DNA from: a virus
Lineage: Duplodnaviria; Caudoviricetes
IMG/VR virus record: IMGVR_UViG_3300015607_004160
DNA: 64,000 bases
Direction: 5' to 3' (one strand)
The position numbers and the translations under genes were made by a program. The notes beneath the pieces were generated by a model, which was not told the DNA's origin, made no database searches, and was given only the letters and a program-made list of their open reading frames with translations. Positions 9,958 through 19,189 of this stretch are shown here, piece after piece. Each line of letters opens with the position of its first letter. Positions within the stretch are counted from its first letter, which is position 1.

Positions 9958-10481
9958 ATTTTCCTTTTAGTTTTCATATAGGCCTGTATGTCCTCATATG
10001 TAACTGCTCCTGGATTAATTGTTAACTTATCTGGTGATCCAACTTTTTGATTTTTTTCTTCCGCCTTTTCTTTATCTTTTTGAACTTTTTCATGATACCT
10101 ATCATCAACCTCTTTTAGTAAATACCCTATATAAGCATCGACCCCTTTATGTGCGATAAAGTCTTGGTCATAATCAAATAAAAATTCTTCCAAATCATAA
10201 TAGATAGCTAATATATCTTCATGTATTCCATAATCTAGATAGAATCGAATATTACCAACATTTCCCTGAGCATAGATAGTTGTTTTATATTGAAAATTAT
10301 AGGATATTGAGAATTGATCTTTATCACTAATGATACGTTCCCCGTTTTTTTCCATAGTGACCGCCATCCCTAAATTAACTTTGAAATATTTACTTTTCTT
10401 GATTGTTTGTATAACTTTCTGATTTGTTACTACGTTATATGTTTTTACCATATCATATTTATTAAAATGGGCTATCTTCAC
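9954..10481 (-). CDS. Hypothetical protein
   Basis: 175-aa ORF in a co-oriented run. Confidence 0.65.
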   Translation of the reverse strand: MKIAHFNKYDMVKTYNVVTNQKVIQTIKKSKYFKVNLGMAVTMEKNGERIISDKDQFSISYNFQYKTTIYAQGNVGNIRFYLDYGIHEDILAIYYDLEEFLFDYDQDFIAHKGVDAYIGYLLKEVDDRYHEKVQKDKEKAEEKNQKVGSPDKLTINPGAVTYEDIQAYMKTKRKI

Positions 10482-11280
10482 TATCAGTATCCTTAACTTT
10501 ATTAGACCTTATTTGTAAATATAATACTTTGTTATTAGACTTTAACCATTCTATGGTTTTGTCAATTATATACTTCCTTAATGTAATAATTTCAGATAAA
10601 GCATATTTATTTTTAAAATCCTTTCGAAATTCACTACCAAGAGACCATAAGCTAAATCCAGAAATCATTTTAAATTTATAAACACTTCCATTGTATTTAG
10701 CGTTTATATCATAGAAGTCATTCCGATCATCAACCGATTTTTCAACACCAATAATTATTATCTTTTCTATCTCTTTGTACATTCCTTTATATAATGCAGA
10801 TTTCTCCATACTATGTTTTTGTTGGTATTCATATACAGCATCAATGGCTTCTTTTGGAATTTGTCCTATTTTATCTACCATGTATTGTCTATAATCATTT
10901 TTTTTATAATTGAATTTAAATGGGTCATTAATATCATTTGGAGATATGACAAAATAAGGAGCCTTTTCACCATTGGACATTACACCACCTTGTCCCCAAG
11001 TGGAACCGGAATAGTAGTCCCATGTTAGTCTAAGTTTATAACCATCTTTGAATGTAAACCTATACATATTGGATGTTAAATTATGCCTGTAAAATCCTTC
11101 AGAACTGGTAGAACACCATTGAGGATCACTAATTGTTTTAGATGAGTCTAAAGTTTTAACGACTTTAATAGTCATTTCTTCATCACTATAAATAAGATGT
11201 GTATTTTTCGGCGTTTCTTTTTTAGATTGCCTTTCTTTTTCAAATTCTATAAATGTTTCAAATAGAAATAGATGTTTCAT
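10462..11280 (-). CDS. Hypothetical tagged protein (MKHLFLFETF)
   Basis: N-terminal motif; PQWCS motif. Confidence 0.7.
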   Translation of the reverse strand: MKHLFLFETFIEFEKERQSKKETPKNTHLIYSDEEMTIKVVKTLDSSKTISDPQWCSTSSEGFYRHNLTSNMYRFTFKDGYKLRLTWDYYSGSTWGQGGVMSNGEKAPYFVISPNDINDPFKFNYKKNDYRQYMVDKIGQIPKEAIDAVYEYQQKHSMEKSALYKGMYKEIEKIIIIGVEKSVDDRNDFYDINAKYNGSVYKFKMISGFSLWSLGSEFRKDFKNKYALSEIITLRKYIIDKTIEWLKSNNKVLYLQIRSNKVKDTDSEDSPF

Positions 11281-11813
11281 TATTCGGTTTCGATTTCTAA
11301 TTCTTCCTCATCGCCCCCACCAAACTCATCATCAATTTCAATTTTTAATGATACAAGGAAGTCTTCATCAATATCTTTAATTTCAATATTCTTACTTATT
11401 TCACCAATCAAATTGAATTCATCAGAGTCATATTTTTTAAATTTAACATGACAGTTTTTGATATCTTTATCGGAAAATTCTCCTTCCTGGTTTTCAGGAA
11501 CAGCTTCTTTTAAATCAATTGAAATAGTTAGATCATACAGTGCATTATTATCGGAATATTTTAACTTAACATTATCTAGTGTTTTAGAATATCTAGATAA
11601 CTCACAACTTTGAAGTTCAACCCCAAAATCAGATAGTGAAGATGTCCCCTCTGGTTTTCTTTCTCCAATTTTTTCAACTCTATCAGGATTGCTATTACTA
11701 AACATATTTTCTAATTTAGTTTTAATTTTCATTAAAGCAATCTTAACATATTCTTCTGGTGTATCAAGAACATTTTCATTTATTTTTACGAAGTCATTAA
11801 ATTTAATTATCAT
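11280..11813 (-). CDS. Hypothetical protein (MIIKFNDF..INE tag variant, acidic C-terminus)
   Basis: 177-aa ORF. Confidence 0.7.
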   Translation of the reverse strand: MIIKFNDFVKINENVLDTPEEYVKIALMKIKTKLENMFSNSNPDRVEKIGERKPEGTSSLSDFGVELQSCELSRYSKTLDNVKLKYSDNNALYDLTISIDLKEAVPENQEGEFSDKDIKNCHVKFKKYDSDEFNLIGEISKNIEIKDIDEDFLVSLKIEIDDEFGGGDEEELEIETE

Positions 11814-11912
11814 TTTTTAATTTTTATTTTTCCAATCTGTTATCATATCAGTGAATTTTCATTAAATAGTTTAATATGATTCATTTTGTATATATTAATT
11901 TTACCTTATTAA

Positions 11913-13826
11913 TTACCAACTACCAGATGCTCCACCACCTCCTGAACTTCCTCCTCCAAATCCACCAAATGAGGATGATGAAGATGAAGATGATGAGTAA
12001 GAGCTATAACTACTTCTTCTCCTTTCTTCTTCTTTCCTTCTTCTTCTTCTTTCCTCTTCTCTTCTTCTCCTTTCTTCTTCTTTCCTTCTTATTTCTGCTT
12101 CATATTCTTCAATTACATCATTCATAAAATTAATAACACTATCTAATGCTTTCTCAAGTTCAAACCAGTCTTTAGTTACTGATAATTTATTTTTAAATTT
12201 ATCTATAAGATCATTTAGCTCAGACTTATCACCACCAGCAGTTTTAAATTTACTCATCAGTCTATCCACCTCACTTTCCCAATTTTTAACTCTACTTATA
12301 GTATTCTCAATAGATCCTAATGTAGTTGCTACTCCTGAGGCCTTTTGTATAATTGATGATATACCAGAGGTGTATTTCTTATATAAAGAAACAGCACTAT
12401 CAATATCAGTATTAAGTAATGATATTATCTGAGGTATCATTACTGATAAAGACTCAATTTCGGATTTATTTGGAATTGGGCCCGCATCATATCCATAATC
12501 GCTTATTTTTTTAGCATCTCTAACTGCCTTTTCAATTGTTGTGTATGCTGAAGATTCTATATCTTGGACTCCACTTGCGGCAGATTTAAATTTACTAATT
12601 TCATCGTATTTAGATTTGTAGTTTCTAAATAATGAATACATACTACTATATGTTAACTCTATTTCCTCTTTGAACTCCGCTGTATTTTTTGGGGTTTGAA
12701 TAACTATACTGTTGAAATATTTCTTACACTCATCATAGGAAGCTTGTAGTGATTTACTTCCAACTATACCAACATTTGATGGAATTTTTGATTTCAACCC
12801 CTCTATATTAGCAAGTATTTTATCAATGTTTTCTTTCATCTCCTTCATCTCCTTAATCTTTTTCATTCTCTTATAATATCCATATGCGAATATTGCAATT
12901 AGAAGTGACACCATCAATCCTTGAAGTGTTATTTGCCAGAAGTTATTCCAAAATTCTGCGGATTTTTGATCATCATAAGCTTTCTTTTTAGCAAAAGCCT
13001 CTCTTCTTATTTCCAATAGATCACTCCCTATAACTGATTTTATTTGCTCTAAAGCAGCCATTATACCACCATAATAATCTTTCTCTTTAAAATGAGGAAC
13101 AATTTGCTCCCTACCAATTTCACTGCAAGTAACATCTGGTAAGAATCCTTCCATACCATACCCTGTTGTAATATTCCACTTTCTATCTTCTTTTGATAGA
13201 ACAATCAAAACACCATTATTTACACCTTCTTTACCTACACCAATCCTTCTGAATTGATCAAGTGCATAATCTTCAATAGATTTGTCTTCAGGGAGCTTAT
13301 TGATTGTAATTATTCCAATTTCAGTAGTAGTTAATTTTTCATAATCAGAAATCCAGTTATTAATACTTGGCTCTTTTGAGTCTTCAATCATATTACCCAT
13401 ATCAGTTAGCCAGTTATCTGGATGAAATTTAGTAATATCAACACCAGAATAATCATGTTCAATATACGCTTGATTAAACATGTATTGCTTACCACTTTTA
13501 TTCACATATTTTCTAATATTATCATAACTTGATTTAATATTTGGATTTTGTTCTTTAAATTTATCGAACAATGATGGCAATTCAGATGATAGGCTTTTTT
13601 GAAATAATCCTGTATTGAGTTTATTTAAATAGTCAACGAATAGTGCACCATCAATCTTACCTTGGTCAAGATTATCAACAAATTCTTTTTGTTGTTTTTT
13701 GTTTTGACCATGTGCAATACTTGGTGGAATTAATCCTAATCCAGCCAAAATAAGGAATGTAGATAACCAGTTTTTTAGTCCTTCATTCATTTCTTCATGA
13801 TTTTCAAATGTGTGTAGATATTTCAT
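11913..13826 (-). CDS. TPM-domain membrane protein with N-terminal tag, coiled coil and Ser/Gly-rich tail
   Basis: IEDYA...F...GVGK...NNGVLIVLS..DRK..I.TGYGMEG.LPD TPM signature; TM helix; C-terminal SFGGFGGGSSGGGGASGSW. Confidence 0.85.
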   Translation of the reverse strand: MKYLHTFENHEEMNEGLKNWLSTFLILAGLGLIPPSIAHGQNKKQQKEFVDNLDQGKIDGALFVDYLNKLNTGLFQKSLSSELPSLFDKFKEQNPNIKSSYDNIRKYVNKSGKQYMFNQAYIEHDYSGVDITKFHPDNWLTDMGNMIEDSKEPSINNWISDYEKLTTTEIGIITINKLPEDKSIEDYALDQFRRIGVGKEGVNNGVLIVLSKEDRKWNITTGYGMEGFLPDVTCSEIGREQIVPHFKEKDYYGGIMAALEQIKSVIGSDLLEIRREAFAKKKAYDDQKSAEFWNNFWQITLQGLMVSLLIAIFAYGYYKRMKKIKEMKEMKENIDKILANIEGLKSKIPSNVGIVGSKSLQASYDECKKYFNSIVIQTPKNTAEFKEEIELTYSSMYSLFRNYKSKYDEISKFKSAASGVQDIESSAYTTIEKAVRDAKKISDYGYDAGPIPNKSEIESLSVMIPQIISLLNTDIDSAVSLYKKYTSGISSIIQKASGVATTLGSIENTISRVKNWESEVDRLMSKFKTAGGDKSELNDLIDKFKNKLSVTKDWFELEKALDSVINFMNDVIEEYEAEIRRKEEERRRREEERRRRRKEEERRRSSYSSYSSSSSSSSSFGGFGGGSSGGGGASGSW

Positions 13827-13868
13827 ACAAAGATAATATTATTTTACTGTATATATTATTTTAGTTTT

Positions 13869-14237
13869 ATGAAAAGATTTTGGTATATTTGTGATATGGC
13901 ATATTATGTTAATGATAAAGAAATGGTTGAAAATGTAGATATTAATTATATTATTGACTATTTTAAAAATAAAGGTGAAACCTGTATAAGAATAATGTAT
14001 GGTACCTCCTTAATTATAGAGCCTATAGAAAATAAACCTAAATATGTATATCAAGATGGTAGTCGTACCGTTTCAATAGATAGAGAAAGAGGATCAATCT
14101 GTGTTAATCCATACTTTGATAAAAGTGGAAGTTATGATAGGGATCATAGTTTAAGTAAGGATTTGCAAGAATACATATTAGATTATAAGCAAACAATGAG
14201 AGATAACAAAATAAATAATATTATAGATGAAATTTAA
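13869..14237 (+). CDS. Hypothetical protein with C-terminal RDNKINNII motif
   Basis: 122-aa ORF. Confidence 0.65.
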   Translation: MKRFWYICDMAYYVNDKEMVENVDINYIIDYFKNKGETCIRIMYGTSLIIEPIENKPKYVYQDGSRTVSIDRERGSICVNPYFDKSGSYDRDHSLSKDLQEYILDYKQTMRDNKINNIIDEI

Positions 14238-14901
14238 TAAATCAATATTTGGGATGATCCATCTTTATGGGACTGATCCACTTGAAAGGGCGCTTGAGGA
14301 AATTAAAATTTATCAAGAGGAAGGTGTTCAAGGTGTAATAGTCGAAAATTATCATGGAAGTACTGATGATGTTATTGATGTACTTCATAATTTAAAAGAT
14401 GTCAAAATTGAAATAGGTATCAATATTTTACCAAATGAATATGATTTGGCATTTGAACTTGCTGATAAGTATGGTAGTTTTATTCAAATGGATTACATTT
14501 CTGGTAGATATGAAAGAAACACATATTTAGATATCGATCACTATATGTCTTATCGTAATAAATATCCTAATGTATCTGTTCTTGGTGGAGTGTGGCCTAA
14601 ATATTATATACCAACCAAAGGTTCAGACTTAAAGGAGGATTTAACAAAAGCAAAGCTATTGTGTGATGCTATCGTTGTAACTGGATCTGGAACTGGAAAG
14701 GAAACTCCATTGGACAAGATAAAAACATTTAGAGAAATAATTGGTGATTTTCCACTTATCATTGGTGCTGGTGTAACTTCGGATAATATCGAGCAATTAA
14801 AAATTGCTAACGGAGCAATAATTGGTAGTTATTTTAAAGGTGGTAATACTACATCAAAGGTAGATAGAGAATTAGTTAAACTATTTATGAATAAGTTATG
14901 A
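14227..14901 (+). CDS. BtpA/SgcQ family TIM-barrel protein
   Basis: IFGMIHL, G..GVIVENY, IGINIL.N, DAIVVTGSGTG, IIGAGVT..N, GAIIGSYFK. Confidence 0.85.
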   Translation: MKFNKSIFGMIHLYGTDPLERALEEIKIYQEEGVQGVIVENYHGSTDDVIDVLHNLKDVKIEIGINILPNEYDLAFELADKYGSFIQMDYISGRYERNTYLDIDHYMSYRNKYPNVSVLGGVWPKYYIPTKGSDLKEDLTKAKLLCDAIVVTGSGTGKETPLDKIKTFREIIGDFPLIIGAGVTSDNIEQLKIANGAIIGSYFKGGNTTSKVDRELVKLFMNKL

Positions 14902-15299
14902 GCAAACCGTATACTCGTGGTCATATTTTTTATTGGAAGTTAGTTAAATTTGTTGACTTAAATGAGAATGATATTTTTTATTGTTATGGTGACCAATATA
15001 TAAATTACGATCATCTAACATGGTGTGAATGTACTAAATTATCAAACTGTGATGCTCAGGAGGTTGACGGCGTAAGATTTCATCTTGATCCAGATGATTT
15101 GGTTAGCATTATAGATAATAATAAAACAGTCAAGTTGATAAAAAAATTTTCACAAATTACAACTCCGATTAATATCACGACGGATATGCTCAACTTCTAC
15201 TATAAAAAATATAAACACCTTAGTATTAAGGAATCATGTGAATTTATTATTTGTGATAATAGAGATAAAATTATTAAAAAAATATTAGATGATAAATGA
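14898..15299 (+). CDS. Hypothetical protein with C-terminal RDKIIKKIL motif
   Basis: 133-aa ORF overlapping its neighbours. Confidence 0.6.
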   Translation: MSKPYTRGHIFYWKLVKFVDLNENDIFYCYGDQYINYDHLTWCECTKLSNCDAQEVDGVRFHLDPDDLVSIIDNNKTVKLIKKFSQITTPINITTDMLNFYYKKYKHLSIKESCEFIICDNRDKIIKKILDDK

Positions 15300-15489
15300 G
15301 GTAATAAATAAACTAAAAGAAAAGTATTTAGAATTAAAACAATCTGGATTAGATGAAAATTCTATTTTTAAACTGGTTACTGATCACCTAAAAGAAGAGT
15401 TAAAAAAAATGACTGTTCCTGAAAGGACAAGGTTTTTCTTAGCATTTAATAGAGATGATAAATTAAAAAATATTTTAGATGAAGAATAA
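15289..15489 (+). CDS. Small hypothetical protein with C-terminal RDDKLKNIL motif
   Basis: 66-aa ORF. Confidence 0.6.
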   Translation: MINEVINKLKEKYLELKQSGLDENSIFKLVTDHLKEELKKMTVPERTRFFLAFNRDDKLKNILDEE

Positions 15490-15646
15490 AAAACCCACAA
15501 AAAAAGAAATTGAAGAATATATCAAATTTCTTGAGAAGGCTGTTAATAGTAAAAATATGAAACAGAATGATCCTGATAAATGGGAAAAGTATAAACAAAA
15601 ACTTGAAAAGGAGAAACTTAAATTGAAACTCCTTTTTAATATATAG
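15479..15646 (+). CDS. Small basic hypothetical protein (55 aa)
   Basis: Manual translation MKNKKPTKKEIEEYIKFLEKAVNSKN...LKLLFNI*; below the ORF-track cutoff; overlaps the previous stop. Confidence 0.55.
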   Translation: MKNKKPTKKEIEEYIKFLEKAVNSKNMKQNDPDKWEKYKQKLEKEKLKLKLLFNI

Positions 15647-15650
15647 TTTA

Positions 15651-15749
15651 ATGAAATACATTATTACTTTTGAAAAATTTAACTTTAGTAAAATTACTAA
15701 AAAAATCAAAAAATATTTGGTGCTAAAGAGGATAATAAAATCATACTAG
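15651..15749 (+). pseudogene. Tag-only micro-ORF or truncated tagged gene (MKYIITFEKFNF..., 32 aa)
   Basis: TAATATATA at 15637-15645, tag peptide, then an early stop after A-runs. Confidence 0.45.
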
Positions 15750-15791
15750 CACTCATTGAAAAAATAAAAAGTGAACCCCCAATTAATATAT

Positions 15792-16550
15792 TCATCCTAA
15801 ATATGATAAAAACATTTTTGACTCCCTCTTTCTTCTCTTTTCTAATCCTGGGAAGTTATCACTAATATTAGTTGCTAATATTTTCTTTCCGGCCTTTTCA
15901 TAGTCACCCATTTTTATATGATATACAACCTGACTTTTTCTTAAACCATTTGGACCCATATTATAAGCCATAGATACTAAAGCATCAAATTGGTCTTGAG
16001 TAATTTTTCTTTTAATACCCTTTCTTTCCCATTCCATAAACATTCTTTTAATTGATGCTTCAACCGCTTTAATGTCTCTATTAAATAATTGATTTGCAAC
16101 TTCTTTTGTAATAATATCACCTTTTTTAAATCTTGAATGTCCAATTTTTTCAGCGTGTCCCCATCCAATACTTATCATTCCATCCCCAATTGTATATGCT
16201 CTTAATTTTAAAGTCTCTTCTTTTTTAATATTTTCCTTTCCTCTTTCAGACGTTCTCATATTTTGAGGGTTATAAAATTTTAATTTTTGATCTATAATTT
16301 CAATAGCCTCTGGATCCTTAGTTGAATGTATGGCTCTAATGGCATTATTTACACTGGTTAATGCTAATAATGAAGTAACAAAATAGATAAGTACTCTTCT
16401 TTTGCTAGATGCTGGTAAATTTTTGATTTTATTTATTACTTTAATGCATCTATTTTTTATATCATCAAATGTAAATTCCTCATTAATCATATTTAATGAG
16501 TCTATATAGTCATATATTTCTTTTTCATTAAAATAATAAATTGAGCTCAT
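15792..16550 (-). CDS. GH24 phage lysozyme with N-terminal extension
   Basis: KKEETLKLRAY..GDG..SIGWGH, TQDQFDALVSMAYNMG, GLEKRRKRE. Confidence 0.9.
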   Translation of the reverse strand: MSSIYYFNEKEIYDYIDSLNMINEEFTFDDIKNRCIKVINKIKNLPASSKRRVLIYFVTSLLALTSVNNAIRAIHSTKDPEAIEIIDQKLKFYNPQNMRTSERGKENIKKEETLKLRAYTIGDGMISIGWGHAEKIGHSRFKKGDIITKEVANQLFNRDIKAVEASIKRMFMEWERKGIKRKITQDQFDALVSMAYNMGPNGLRKSQVVYHIKMGDYEKAGKKILATNISDNFPGLEKRRKRESKMFLSYLG

Positions 16551-16565
16551 TAAATATATATTAAA

Positions 16566-17480
16566 TTAAAAATTTAATTTAGATATTATTAAATTATATA
16601 TGTCTACTTTTTTGATTTCTTCTTCCCATATATAAACAACTTTATACCCAGCATTTTCAGCTTTTAGTTTTTTTTCTTCGTCCTTTTTCCAAATATCTGA
16701 TACTTTTTTACAACCATTTGGGAAACTAACAACTTCATCGACTTTATATTTACTTGGGTTACAATGCCAATAGTCACCATTAACTTCTATTAGAATATTT
16801 GTATTTGATATTCTAAAATCAAATATTTTTCCTTTGAGTGTAAATTGTGTTGTGTATGGTATCAATAAGAAGTTTAACACTTCTGATATTTTTGATTCTA
16901 AACTTGATACACCATAATTAAATATCTTATGTCTCTGCTCATCCGTTATATTTTCCCAATATTTTTTTATTGACTCTGTTTGTTTTTTACATCTTTCCTC
17001 GTTTTGTTCTTTAGTCAAATTATTCCAAGCAAAGTTGTTTTCTAAAATCCATTTTTTAAAATTTGTATCTTTAAATATATTATCAACTCCATAATTTTTA
17101 GTAAAGGTATCTTTCTTTTTGCTTTTGATTATTTTACTTTTAGAAACATTATCAACACCATATTTATCTATACAAGTTTTTCTATATTTTTCACCAGAAA
17201 TTAATTTTGAGCTCTCTGAAATGCTCCTTTTCTTTATTTCAAAAAATTCTAATAAGAATATAAATGATTTAAAATCTATATCAAATTCTTTTTTAATGTC
17301 AGGCAAACTTTTACTTTTATAAACTTCAACTATTTTATCTTTATCAGATAATTTTGGAAAATTTTTCGTTATATAAAGAAACTTAATCTCTCTCTTATCA
17401 GAAGTTATTTTTTGTTTACAGAAATAAATATGTGGACTATTACCAACAACACAATCACAAAATGGACAATATCTTTTCAT
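16566..17480 (-). CDS. Vsr/DUF559-like PD-(D/E)XK homing endonuclease with KYGVDN repeats
   Basis: T...KYGVDN repeats; SSLE, FDF, IEVNGDYWH, KD..K...A...GY....IWE; start placed at MKRYC after TAATATATA. Confidence 0.75.
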   Translation of the reverse strand: MKRYCPFCDCVVGNSPHIYFCKQKITSDKREIKFLYITKNFPKLSDKDKIVEVYKSKSLPDIKKEFDIDFKSFIFLLEFFEIKKRSISESSKLISGEKYRKTCIDKYGVDNVSKSKIIKSKKKDTFTKNYGVDNIFKDTNFKKWILENNFAWNNLTKEQNEERCKKQTESIKKYWENITDEQRHKIFNYGVSSLESKISEVLNFLLIPYTTQFTLKGKIFDFRISNTNILIEVNGDYWHCNPSKYKVDEVVSFPNGCKKVSDIWKKDEEKKLKAENAGYKVVYIWEEEIKKVDIYNLIISKLNF

Positions 17481-17562
17481 AATACTATATATTAATCCGA
17501 AAAACTTGATTATTTCCACTTTTTCTGTTAAATTTGCATATTATACATTTAATATATACAAT

Positions 17563-18210
17563 ATGTCAAAATATCCAAGAACTTTTCATCTACCATATTC
17601 ACCAGGTGCTACCAGTGATGATAAGATATCTATTGACGTATCAACACTTATAGGTATTGATATTGTAATTACTGAAAAATTAGATGGATCAAATTCTTCA
17701 ATTGTCAATAAAGGCGTATACGCTAGGAGTCATGTAGACTTTTCTAAAAATCCATGGGATAGAGAAGTTTGGAATATATGGCAACGAATTAAAAACGATT
17801 TATCAGAGGATGTTTTTTTATTCGGCGAAAATATGGAAGGCATACATAGTATTGAATATTCTAATTTAGAATCTTACTTTTATATATTTGGAGTTAGAGA
17901 TAATAACATATGGATTTCCTGGGATGAAGTTGAAGAGTATGCTTATCTATTGGACCTACCAACTGTTCCGGTTTTATTTAAGGGAATTGTTAATTCTGAA
18001 AAAGAATTACAAAAGATTACTGAATCATTAGTAAGTCAACCTTCAAAATTAGGTGGACCAATTGAGGGAGTTGTAGTTAGAAATGCAGAAATGTTTCACA
18101 ACGATGATTTCTCATCTAATGTTATGAAATGGGTTAGATCGGGCCATGTTCAAACTAGCGACCATTGGACTAGAAATTGGAAAAAAGCGAAAATAAATAG
18201 TAATAAATAG
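17563..18210 (+). CDS. ATP-dependent RNA ligase family protein (Rnl2-like nucleotidyltransferase domain)
   Basis: KYPRTFHLPYSPG, motif I TEKLDG, FGEN, F..FGV, EGVVVR, MKWVR. Confidence 0.85.
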   Translation: MSKYPRTFHLPYSPGATSDDKISIDVSTLIGIDIVITEKLDGSNSSIVNKGVYARSHVDFSKNPWDREVWNIWQRIKNDLSEDVFLFGENMEGIHSIEYSNLESYFYIFGVRDNNIWISWDEVEEYAYLLDLPTVPVLFKGIVNSEKELQKITESLVSQPSKLGGPIEGVVVRNAEMFHNDDFSSNVMKWVRSGHVQTSDHWTRNWKKAKINSNK

Positions 18211-18214
18211 AATA

Positions 18215-18682
18215 ATGAAAATTAGAAAATTTAACGAAAGTGTTAATACTAAACCAATTGTCTATATAGACATGGATGATACTATTTGTGATTATACAAC
18301 TCACTATAAGGAAATGAGTCAATTAAATCCAGATGTAAAGTATCCACAGTCTAAAGAGGGATTTTTTCTTAGCTTAAAACCTTTACACGGAGCAATTGAG
18401 GCAGTAAATAAATTAAGAGAGGTATTTGATGTTTATATTTTAACAAGTCCATCATATAAAAATCCACTTTGTTATACTGAAAAGAGAATATGGATTGAAA
18501 GGCATTTTGATTTAGACTTTTGCCAAAAGCTTATTATATCACCAAATAAAAATATACTAATGGGTGACTATTTAATAGATGATATTCTATGGGATAAATT
18601 CAAAGGAGAACAAATTCAATTTGGTAAATCACCATTTGAAAATTGGGATAAAGTTATTAAATATCTTATAAAATATGCTTAG
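18215..18682 (+). CDS. 5'(3')-deoxyribonucleotidase (NT5C, HAD family) with N-terminal tag
   Basis: YIDMDDTICD, YILTSP, EKRIWI..HF, GDYLIDD; begins MKIRKFNES. Confidence 0.85.
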   Translation: MKIRKFNESVNTKPIVYIDMDDTICDYTTHYKEMSQLNPDVKYPQSKEGFFLSLKPLHGAIEAVNKLREVFDVYILTSPSYKNPLCYTEKRIWIERHFDLDFCQKLIISPNKNILMGDYLIDDILWDKFKGEQIQFGKSPFENWDKVIKYLIKYA

Positions 18683-19148
18683 TGAAGAATCATTACGGAA
18701 TAAACTATATGCTCTATTTAGATTAATTACTATTAAACATAGAGAATGTTGTGAAGATATTGATACGTTTATAAAGTATGTATATGCTATGGATGTATTG
18801 TGGCTTAATAATACGTACCGTCCATTTATATGGGAGGACTATATCTTTATAGATAATGAAATGTTTGCCTACTTTATTAACAGAAATGAAAAAGATCCTA
18901 TTCTACATGAAGATGATTTTGATCATCTTGCTAAAATAGATCATGATTTTGTTGAAAGAATATTAAATGAGGGTATGATATATAAACTAAAATATATACT
19001 ACCAATTGAGCATATCAATCATATACCAACTGATGGCAAGGCATATTTCGAAGAAATTAGGGAAAATGCATTCTTTTTCGATAATGTGTATTATAATAAA
19101 TTAAAAATGAAAAGAAGAGAGTTACAATTAGATAAACTACTAAACTAA
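18675..19148 (+). CDS. Hypothetical protein with C-terminal RELQLDKLL motif
   Basis: 157-aa ORF. Confidence 0.6.
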   Translation: MLSEESLRNKLYALFRLITIKHRECCEDIDTFIKYVYAMDVLWLNNTYRPFIWEDYIFIDNEMFAYFINRNEKDPILHEDDFDHLAKIDHDFVERILNEGMIYKLKYILPIEHINHIPTDGKAYFEEIRENAFFFDNVYYNKLKMKRRELQLDKLLN

Positions 19149-19189
19149 TATGGATTAATTATATAAAATTATAAATTCTGAATTTATAA

